The notes below the pieces were generated by a model. The model saw only the letters and a list, made by a program, of their open reading frames with translations. It ran no database searches and had not been told where the DNA came from. Shown in pieces: positions 35,901 through 42,732 of a DNA stretch of 64,000 nucleotides; within the stretch, counting starts at the first letter, position 1; the number at the start of each line of letters is the position of its first letter. Source of the DNA: Actinomycetes bacterium (lineage in GTDB: Bacteria > Actinomycetota > CALGFH01); the NCBI GenBank assembly GCA_036000965.1, contig DASYUT010000265.1:24555-88554 (forward strand). Direction: 5' to 3'. Made by a program: the position numbers and the translations under genes.

Positions 35901-36179
35901 ATGGCCGGCACGGTGGACGTCGTGCAGCGCTGCCTGACCGGCATGCGGGCGCAGGGGGAGGTGCTCCGCTTCGACCCGGCGCTGCCCCCGCAGGTGAAGC
36001 AGCTCGACTTCAGCGTCCACTACCGGGGGCACCGGATCGAGGTCATGCTGGCCGAGGACCGCATGCGGGTCAGCCCGCGCCCCTCCGCAGCCCCGCCCAT
36101 CAAGCTCCGCATCCGCGGCAGGGCTGTCGGGCTCGAGCCCGGCCGGCAGGCGGACTTCCAGCTGGAGCCCAGGCCGTGA
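32949..36179 (+). CDS. Fusion protein: beta-phosphoglucomutase (HAD) + glycoside hydrolase family 65 disaccharide phosphorylase
   Basis: N-terminus AIFDVDGVLVDS...GKPDP (HAD beta-PGM). Central and C-terminal GH65 regions (HIFWDELFIFPFL, catalytic acid region). GGGAGGA lies 8 nt before the GTG at 32949. Confidence 0.8.
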   Translation: MVTVMAYQGAIFDVDGVLVDSPHELAWREALRQLMDGDWRDIRDQTAYTPERFTPTVYQQVMAGMPRMAGARAALEYFGVPDVDRRAEQYAAGKQERVVELIEAGEFVAFADALRFILAVKDLGIATAAASSSKNANLFLQRIRLDTFAAEQRLDYQFIRPGLTLLDLFDADISGRDFPRGKPDPTIFLTAAEELGVRPSTCFVVEDASSGIQAAKAATMAALGVARLGDEELLAKAGADLVVTTLDDVSLDALAEGRLEERRAAGERRRRHTERPPSVWSLVYDGFDPECQGLRETLCALGNGFFVTRGALPEAQADGVNYPGTYVAGLYNRLKTKIAGRTVENEDLVNVPNWLPLRFRAADGPWFDVRSADVLDHSLELDLREGTLTRHLRWQDPDGRRTGMVQRRLVSMKDEHLAGLETTFTAENWSGTLEVLSGLDGRVVNAGVKRYRDLNGRHLDVLHAGEVDPDTVELQVETNQSHIRVALTARTRLLLDGRRAADRRLVAEPGFVGHALTLNLEQGRPATVEKVVALYTSRDRAISESLLDAREAARRAPDFDELLARHRGAWSLLWNRFDLQLDSANEWIETVLHLHIFHLLQTVSPYATHLDVGVPARGWHGEAYRGHIFWDELFIFPFLNFQRPILAGALLNYRHARIGAARAAAREAGYRGAMFPWQSGSNGREETQELHLNPRSGRWLPDHSHLQRHVNIAIAYNVWQHFMVTGSIQFLRFTGAELLLEIARFWSSIATYDPELDRYEILGVMGPDEYHDAYPDSDRPGVSNNTYTNVGAVWVLLRALETLEVLPPHYRQEVTEELRLGEDELDRWRAITRKMRVVFHADGVLSQFEGYEQLQEFDWEGYRAKYGDIQRLDRVLEAEGDSPNRYKVSKQADVLMLLYLLSRDELRELLRNLGYEVTQDQLARTVTYYLERTSHGSTLSGVVHAWVLARMDPEQAWQFLLRALESDIADVQGGTTAEGIHLGAMAGTVDVVQRCLTGMRAQGEVLRFDPALPPQVKQLDFSVHYRGHRIEVMLAEDRMRVSPRPSAAPPIKLRIRGRAVGLEPGRQADFQLEPRP

Positions 36180-36200
36180 CCGCATCAGACATGCCTTCGG

Positions 36201-37262
36201 TCAATAGCTCAGCGCGATCTTGACGGCCGCTTGCGGGTGCTGGTCGATCCACTGGTAGGCCGCCGGCGCGTCCTCGAACGTGAACGCTCGGCCGAGCAGG
36301 CCGTCGACTGAGACCTGGTCGGTGTACAGCAGCCGCGTGGCGGTGCCCATGACCCGGCGCCGGTGCCACAGCGGCGCATGCCGGTCGGGCGCACCCCAGG
36401 CGCCGATGGACGCGATCAGCGACAGCCGGTTGTGGTGGAACTCCTCACCGAGCCGCACGTTGGCCGCGCCGCCCTGGTAGAAGCCGGCCGCGACCACCGT
36501 GCCACCCAGCCCGGCCGCGGCCAGCGCGCCCTGCAGCCCCCGGTCCGACCCCGACACCTCGATGGCGACGTCGACGCCGGCGCCGCCGTTGAGCTCCCGG
36601 ACCCGCAGGCCGACCGGAGGGTCGGCGGTCGGGTCGAGCACCCGCGTCGCGCCCAAGTCCATGGCCAGCTGCCGCCGGTGGGGGTCGGGGTCGACCGCGA
36701 AGACGTTCTGGATGCCCTCCAGCGTGCACATCTGCACCGCCAGCAGGCCGATCGCGCCCAGCCCGTGGACGCTGACCGCGTCGCCGAGCTTGATCTCGGC
36801 GTCGTGGACGGCCTGCAGCGCCACCGCGGCCAGGCTGATGAACAGCGCCCGCTCGGGACGCTCGGCCGTGGGCAGCCGCACCAGCGGGTAGGTGGCCGCC
36901 AGCGATGCCGCCACGTCCAGGACCGTCTCCTCCTGATGGGGGGTGCCGGTGTGGACCAGGTCACCGACCCGCACCTCGGTGACGTCCGGGGCGGCCTCGA
37001 CGACCTCGGCGAGCATCTCGTAGCCGAGCGTCACCGGGTAGGTGGCCACGGTGCCGGCGGGCGGGGCGACGAAGGCGCGCAGGCCCCGGTCGAAGACCTT
37101 GTCGGTGAACGCCGACGTGCCGCGGTAGAGGCTCAGCTCGGTGCCGTGGCTGATGGCGCTGAGGCGGGCGCGCAGCCGGATCTCGCCGGGCCGCAACGGA
37201 CGGGAAGCCTGCTCGGACAGCCGCAGCTGGCGTGGGCCGTCGAGGACGAGCGTGCGGGGCAT
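36201..37262 (-). CDS. Medium-chain dehydrogenase/reductase (zinc-independent ADH-like, sorbitol/threonine DH fold)
   Basis: MDR fold with GLGAIGLLAVQ in the Rossmann region and SHGTE in place of the Cys zinc ligand. GGAAGGAG upstream of the ATG at 37262. Confidence 0.7.
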   Translation of the reverse strand: MPRTLVLDGPRQLRLSEQASRPLRPGEIRLRARLSAISHGTELSLYRGTSAFTDKVFDRGLRAFVAPPAGTVATYPVTLGYEMLAEVVEAAPDVTEVRVGDLVHTGTPHQEETVLDVAASLAATYPLVRLPTAERPERALFISLAAVALQAVHDAEIKLGDAVSVHGLGAIGLLAVQMCTLEGIQNVFAVDPDPHRRQLAMDLGATRVLDPTADPPVGLRVRELNGGAGVDVAIEVSGSDRGLQGALAAAGLGGTVVAAGFYQGGAANVRLGEEFHHNRLSLIASIGAWGAPDRHAPLWHRRRVMGTATRLLYTDQVSVDGLLGRAFTFEDAPAAYQWIDQHPQAAVKIALSY

Positions 37263-37367
37263 CGGGTGTGTGCTCCTTCCGAGGAACTATGCTCAGCGTA
37301 CGACGCGAGCGGGCTCGGCAGCCGCCAACCACAGCCCAGCGTCCGCCCCGGGGAGGGTCTGGTGAGC

Positions 37368-38174
37368 ATGAAGCTTTCGTGCCAGGAGCAGCTGCTGCCA
37401 GGCACCAGCCTGGAGGCCAAGTTCGACTTCGCGCGCCGGGCCGGGTTCGCCGGCATCGAGCTGCGCGCCCGTGGTGACGGCCAGTTCGCTGCGCGCCTGC
37501 CCGAGTTCCGCGCCGCCGCGCGCGCCGGCGTGGTCATGGCGACGGTGTGCCCGGAGACCGACCATTTCATCGGCGACTTCGACGCCGACAAGCGGCGCGA
37601 CGCGGTCGCGCAACTCCGCTCGCAGCTCAGCGTCATCGCCGAGCTCGGCGGCGAGGGGGTCCTCACCCCGGCCAGCTGGGGGATGTTCAGCCTGCGGCTG
37701 CCGCCGTTCGTACCACCCCGCGCGCAGCGCGAGGACCGCAAGGTGCTGCTGGACGCGCTGGCGGTGCTGGGCGAGCACGCCGCGCGCGAAGGCGTCTGGC
37801 TGGCCCTCGAACCGCTCAACCGCTTCGAGGACTACATGGTCAACCGGCTCGACCAGGCCGTCAGTCTCGCCGAGGAGGTCGAGCGGGAGCTCGGGCTGGA
37901 CTCGGTGCGGGTGTGCGCGGACCTGTTCCACATGAACATCGAGGAGGACGACCTTGCCAAGGCCATCGTCGACACCGGCCCGCGGCTCGCCCACGTCCAC
38001 GTCGACGACTCCAACCGGCTCCAACCCGGCACGGGCCACCTGGACTTCGCCGCGGTGCTCGATGCGCTGCGCACCGTCGGCTACGACGGCTGGCTGACCC
38101 TCGAATGCCGCCTCCGCGGCGACCCGGAGGAGGCACTGCCGGCCACCTCCCAGTTTCTGGCGCGCTACCTGTAG
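37368..38174 (+). CDS. Sugar phosphate isomerase/epimerase (xylose-isomerase-like TIM barrel)
   Basis: LALEPLNRFE...LFHMNIEE...HVHVDD are AP-endonuclease-2/TIM-barrel family motifs. GGGGAGGG upstream of the ATG at 37368. Confidence 0.75.
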   Translation: MKLSCQEQLLPGTSLEAKFDFARRAGFAGIELRARGDGQFAARLPEFRAAARAGVVMATVCPETDHFIGDFDADKRRDAVAQLRSQLSVIAELGGEGVLTPASWGMFSLRLPPFVPPRAQREDRKVLLDALAVLGEHAAREGVWLALEPLNRFEDYMVNRLDQAVSLAEEVERELGLDSVRVCADLFHMNIEEDDLAKAIVDTGPRLAHVHVDDSNRLQPGTGHLDFAAVLDALRTVGYDGWLTLECRLRGDPEEALPATSQFLARYL

Positions 38175-38415
38175 GGGCGGGCTTCACGGCTGGCCAGCGC
38201 CGCGCACGGAGGCCGCATGCCGGTTCAGCCGGTGTGCGGCCCGCCTCGAGCATCTCGTTCGCCCGCCTCGTCGCAGCGTTCCCCTTGCGGAGCCCCCGCT
38301 CGAGCTCCCCCTGCTCGTCGAGCTCCCCCTGCTCGGCCGGGTGGGCCGGTCGATTCGGCGGCCCTGGTCGGCTTCAGCCTGACGCCAGCCGACCTGGGTG
38401 GGTCGGGGAACCTGG

Positions 38416-39237
38416 TCAGCGGGCCACCTTGCCGCCCTGGACGCTGTCGGACCCGGCCAGCCGCTGCGCGAGGTAGACGGGGACGACGGACAACAGGATC
38501 GCGATCACGCCGACCGCGTTGACGATGGGTCCCTGGTTCGGCCGCGAGTAGTTGCGCAGGATCCAGATGGGCAGCGTGGGGTCGTCGCCCACCGTGAACG
38601 TGGTCACGATGACCTCGTCGAAGCTGAGAGCGAAGGCCAGCAGCGCGCCGGCCAGCAGCGCGGTCCGAACGGCTGGGAAGGTCACGAAGCGGAAGGTCTG
38701 CCAGGGGTCCGCACCAAGATCGAGCGACGCCTCCTCCAGGTTGCGGGCGGTGCGGCGCAGGCGGGCGACCACGTTGTTGAACACGATCACGATGCAGAAC
38801 GTCGCGTGGCCAACGATGATCGTGAAGGTGCCGAACGGCAGGCCGCCCAGCAGCGGCGCCTCCGAGAACGTCGCGTTGAGGGCCATGCCGGTCACGATCC
38901 CGGGCAGCGCGATGGGGATCACCACCAGGAACGAGACGGTGTCCCGGCCGAAGAACCGGTAGCGCTGCACCGCGAAGGCGGCCAGGGTGCCGAGGACCAG
39001 GGCGATGAGCGTCGCCCCCAGCCCGACCCTCACCGAGGTGAGCAGCGCGGCGCGGGCGCCCGCGTTGGTCAGCGCCCGGCCGAACCACTCCAGGGAGAGT
39101 CCGTCGATCGGCCAGCGCTGCACCCGCGAGCGGTTGAACGCGTACACGGTGAGCACGACGATCGGCGCGTACAGGAAGGCGAGCGTGAACGCGCTGCCGG
39201 CCCGCAGGGCGACCCTGGCCAGGCGCGACTGGATCAT
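38416..39237 (-). CDS. ABC transporter permease (PotC/PotI-like, spermidine/putrescine type)
   Basis: Six-TM permease with the EAA-like loop region. The ATG at 39237 overlaps the stop of the upstream permease (ATGA). Confidence 0.75.
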   Translation of the reverse strand: MIQSRLARVALRAGSAFTLAFLYAPIVVLTVYAFNRSRVQRWPIDGLSLEWFGRALTNAGARAALLTSVRVGLGATLIALVLGTLAAFAVQRYRFFGRDTVSFLVVIPIALPGIVTGMALNATFSEAPLLGGLPFGTFTIIVGHATFCIVIVFNNVVARLRRTARNLEEASLDLGADPWQTFRFVTFPAVRTALLAGALLAFALSFDEVIVTTFTVGDDPTLPIWILRNYSRPNQGPIVNAVGVIAILLSVVPVYLAQRLAGSDSVQGGKVAR

Positions 39238-40142
39238 CACAGGCTCTCGAACGCTCCCAGCCTGCGGGCGATCAGCAGGTAGACGATCATGATGAGGATG
39301 GGCACGGTCGCGAAGGCCGCCGCGAGCGGCAGGTTGCCCGCCACGCCCACGTTGGCATACACGACGTTGCCGATGAACTGGGTGCTGGAGACGAGCTGGG
39401 GCGTGATGTAGTCGCCCAGCGTCAGCGAGAACGTGAAGATCGACCCGGCCGCCACAGCGGGGAGCGCCAGTGGCAGGATCACCCGCCGGAAGGTGGTCGT
39501 CGTCGGAGCGCCGAGGTCGCCCGACGCCTCCAGCAGGGAGTCCGGGATCCTCTCCAGGCCGGCGTAGATCGGCAGGATCATGTACGGCAGCCACAGGTAG
39601 CTGAACACCAGCCAGGTGGCGACGTTGCCGAAGCCCGGGCCCCGGAGCCCCAGCGGCTCCAGCACCCAGTTCACCACGCCGTCCTCGGACAGCATGATCC
39701 GCCAGGCGTACACCTTGACCAGATAGCTGGCCCACAGGGGCATGAGCACGGCGACCACCAGCAGCCGGCGCGCGCGCGGCGTGGCCACCTTGGCCATGGT
39801 GAAGGCGACCGGGAACGCCAGCACGGCGGTGGTCAGCGTCACTGCGGCGGCGATCGCGGCCGTCCGCAGCGTGATCGACCGGTAGACCGGCTCCTGGACG
39901 AGCTGCCGGAAGTTGCCGAGGCCGAACTCCTTGACGAGGTTGCCGAAGTCGCCCAGCCGCCAGAACGCGGCTGCCAGCAGGACCGCGAGCGCGCCGAAGT
40001 AGGCGATCACCAGCCAGCCGACCGGGCCGGCGAGCAGCAGACCGAGCTGGAGCCGGCGGCGGCCGCGGAGCAGCCTCGCCACGCGCCGCACGAGCCCCGG
40101 TGAGGCACGCCCGGCAGGCGCGGTGGTGGCCGTGGTCACCAC
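39237..40142 (-). CDS. ABC transporter permease (PotB/PotH-like)
   Basis: TM permease, second of the pair. GTG start assigned at 40142, downstream of the SBP stop. Confidence 0.7.
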   Translation of the reverse strand: MVTTATTAPAGRASPGLVRRVARLLRGRRRLQLGLLLAGPVGWLVIAYFGALAVLLAAAFWRLGDFGNLVKEFGLGNFRQLVQEPVYRSITLRTAAIAAAVTLTTAVLAFPVAFTMAKVATPRARRLLVVAVLMPLWASYLVKVYAWRIMLSEDGVVNWVLEPLGLRGPGFGNVATWLVFSYLWLPYMILPIYAGLERIPDSLLEASGDLGAPTTTTFRRVILPLALPAVAAGSIFTFSLTLGDYITPQLVSSTQFIGNVVYANVGVAGNLPLAAAFATVPILIMIVYLLIARRLGAFESL

Positions 40143-40176
40143 CGCGCCCCAGGCGCCGGCAGCCCGGAGGGGGCTG

Positions 40177-41379
40177 TCAGCCCTTGATCTCCGTCCATGC
40201 CCGGACCCACTCGGAGTAGTCCTTGCACACGCTGCCGCGGTCGTCGCCACACTTCTTCACCGGCGTGGTCCAGTACGCCACGCGGCTGAAGTAGGCCTCG
40301 TCGTCGGCGTGAAACGTCTTGCAGTGGTTCTTGTCGGCCGTCTCCTGGCACGACAACCGGTTGGCCGGCGCCTCGCCGAAGAACTCGGCAACCTGTGCGT
40401 TGGCCTTGGGGGACACGATCCAGTCCATCCACAGGTACATGCAGTTGGGGTGCTTGGCCTTGGACGAGATCATCCAGGTGTCGGACCAGCCCGTGGCGCC
40501 CTCCTTGGGCAGGGTGACCCCGACCGGCACCTTCTCGGCCTCCAGCAGGTTGGCGATCACCTGCCAGGTCGTGCCGACCACCGAGTTGCGGTTGGTGAAC
40601 GCGGCGACCTCCTTGGTGTAGTCCGACCAGTACTCGCCGATGACGGACCGCTGCCCCTTGAGCAGGTCGACGGAGGCTTGGAGCTGCCGGTCGTCCAGCT
40701 CGTACGGGTTGGTGATGCCGAGCTCGGGCTTGGTCGCCTTCAGGTACAGCGCGGCGTCGGCGATGTAGATCGGACTGTCGTAGGCCGTGACCTTGCCCTT
40801 GTAGGGGGAGTTCGGGTCGAACACCACGCCCCAGCTGTCCGGCGCCTGCTTGACCACGTCCGAGCGCCACATGAGCAGATTCGCGCCGCGGCCGTGGGGG
40901 ATGCCGTAGTTGACGCCGTCCACGGTGTTGTGCGGCTTGTCCTTGAGCCCGTCGAACACCTCCTTGTAGCTGGGGACAAGGTCGACGTTGACAGGGCTCA
41001 CCTCACCCGTGGCGATCAGCCGCAGGGTCGCGTCGCCGGAGGCGGAGACGCCGTCGTACTTGCCGCTCTTCATCAGCGTGACCATCTCGTCGGAGGTGTT
41101 GCCAACGGTGACGTTGACGTTGCAGCCGGTCTTCTTCTCGAAGGGCGTCACCCAGTCCACCTTCGGGTCGGTCGAGCCGTCCTCCACGTAGCCGGCCCAC
41201 GCGACCAGGTCGACCCGGCCCTCACCCTGGCCGAGCTGGGCGAGGGCCGTGGGCTTGGACGCCCCGGTGTCCCCTCCACCCCCGCCCCCGCTGCCGCCGC
41301 CATCGCCCCCGCAGGCGGCAAGCAGCAGGAGCAGTCCGATGACGAGGATGGCTGTCCGTCGACGTACCACGGTCCCCAC
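40177..41379 (-). CDS. ABC transporter substrate-binding lipoprotein (PotD/PotF-like polyamine-binding)
   Basis: Signal peptide with lipobox LLLAACGG. Periplasmic-binding-protein fold similar to spermidine/putrescine SBPs. Confidence 0.8.
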   Translation of the reverse strand: MGTVVRRRTAILVIGLLLLLAACGGDGGGSGGGGGGDTGASKPTALAQLGQGEGRVDLVAWAGYVEDGSTDPKVDWVTPFEKKTGCNVNVTVGNTSDEMVTLMKSGKYDGVSASGDATLRLIATGEVSPVNVDLVPSYKEVFDGLKDKPHNTVDGVNYGIPHGRGANLLMWRSDVVKQAPDSWGVVFDPNSPYKGKVTAYDSPIYIADAALYLKATKPELGITNPYELDDRQLQASVDLLKGQRSVIGEYWSDYTKEVAAFTNRNSVVGTTWQVIANLLEAEKVPVGVTLPKEGATGWSDTWMISSKAKHPNCMYLWMDWIVSPKANAQVAEFFGEAPANRLSCQETADKNHCKTFHADDEAYFSRVAYWTTPVKKCGDDRGSVCKDYSEWVRAWTEIKG

Positions 41380-41395
41380 CTTTCTGTCGCGGCCG

Positions 41396-42637
41396 TCACT
41401 CCGGCAGCAGCAGGTTGTGCTGCCGGTCCCACACCAGCCGGACCGGCCGCCCCTTGGCGGCCAGCACCTCCATCGACGAGGTGGCGAGGTTCTGCTGGGT
41501 CACGACCAGCTCGCCGCCCACGTCCAGGCGCACCACGAAGCGCGTCTGCGAGCCGAGGTAGGCGACGTCGGCGACGACTCCGGTGGCGGTGCTCTCGCCG
41601 GCGCCTGGCGTCCCGTCCAGCTCGGTGATCCGGATCTTCTCGGGCCGGACGGTGAAGGTGCCGTCCCGGCCGGTGACCGCCCGCGCGGCCTCGCCCCCGA
41701 GGAGGTTCGACGTGCCCACAAAGCCGGCCACGAACGCGCTGCCCGGTCGCTCGTACAGCTCGGCCGGCGTGGCGATCTGCTCGATCCGGCCTTGGCTGAA
41801 GACGGCGATGCGGTCGCTCATCGTGAGAGCCTCGTCCTGGTCGTGGGTGACGAACACGAACGTGATCCCCACCTCGTGCTGGATCGCCTTCAGCTCGCGC
41901 TGCATCTCCTCGCGCAGCTTGCGGTCCAGGGCGCCGAGGGGCTCGTCGAGCAGCAGCACACTCGGCCGGTTGACCAGCGCCCTGGCCAGCGCCACGCGCT
42001 GGCGCTGCCCGCCGGACAGCTGGGAAGGCCGCCGGCCGCCGAAGCCCTCCAGCCGGACCAGACGCAGTGCGTCGGCCACGCGCGCGGTGCGCTCCGCCTT
42101 GGCCACCTTCTTCACCAGCAGCCCGTAGGCCACGTTGCCGGCGACGCTCATGTGCGGGAAGAGGGCGTAGTCCTGGAACACGGTATTGACGTCGCGCTCG
42201 TAGGGCGGGCGGTCGGTGACGTCCTCACCGTGGAGCAGGACCCGGCCCGCAGTCGGCGTCTCGAAGCCGGCGATCAGCCGCAGGCAGGTGGTCTTGCCGG
42301 AGCCGGAGGGGCCGAGCAGCGAGAAGAACTCGCCAGCGCGGACCTCCAGATCGACCCCGGCCACGGCCTCGACGTCGCCGAACCGCTTGACCACCCCGGC
42401 GAGGCGGACGGCCGCCTGGCCAGGTGACGCGGCTGGGGCCCGCCCGTCGACGCCGGGCTGGTCCGCGCCCGGCCGCCTGGCCCGCCCGAGGGTGTCCAGC
42501 GCCCAGGCGCCCCCACCCTGGCCGGATGCAGGCTGGCCGGATCCAGGCTGGCCGGATCCAGGCTGGCCGGATCCAAGCTGGCCGGATCCAAGCTGGCCGG
42601 ATCCAAGTTGGGAGGGAGCCTCGTCAGGACCTGTCAT
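41396..42637 (-). CDS. ABC transporter ATP-binding protein (PotA/PotG-like) with N-terminal (L/PGSGQ)6 repeat extension
   Basis: Walker A GPSGSGKTT, signature LSGGQRQRVALARAL, Walker B VLLLDEPLGALD and a C-terminal TOBE-like domain. ATG at 42637 with GAGGAGGGG immediately upstream. Confidence 0.8.
   Translation of the reverse strand: MTGPDEAPSQLGSGQLGSGQLGSGQPGSGQPGSGQPASGQGGGAWALDTLGRARRPGADQPGVDGRAPAASPGQAAVRLAGVVKRFGDVEAVAGVDLEVRAGEFFSLLGPSGSGKTTCLRLIAGFETPTAGRVLLHGEDVTDRPPYERDVNTVFQDYALFPHMSVAGNVAYGLLVKKVAKAERTARVADALRLVRLEGFGGRRPSQLSGGQRQRVALARALVNRPSVLLLDEPLGALDRKLREEMQRELKAIQHEVGITFVFVTHDQDEALTMSDRIAVFSQGRIEQIATPAELYERPGSAFVAGFVGTSNLLGGEAARAVTGRDGTFTVRPEKIRITELDGTPGAGESTATGVVADVAYLGSQTRFVVRLDVGGELVVTQQNLATSSMEVLAAKGRPVRLVWDRQHNLLLPE
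42518..42607 (-). repeat. 15-bp in-frame tandem repeat x6 (ctggccggatccagg) encoding (L/P)GSGQ repeats
   Basis: Six consecutive 15-bp units. The translation is LGSGQLGSGQLGSGQPGSGQPGSGQPASGQ. Confidence 0.75.
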
Positions 42638-42732
42638 CCCCCTCCTCTTCCGCAGGCCAGACAGCGGCCTTCCACCGAGGCCGAGCCGCTGAGGCCAAAG
42701 CATGACGGGAGAGCAAGCACCCAGCAAGAGCA

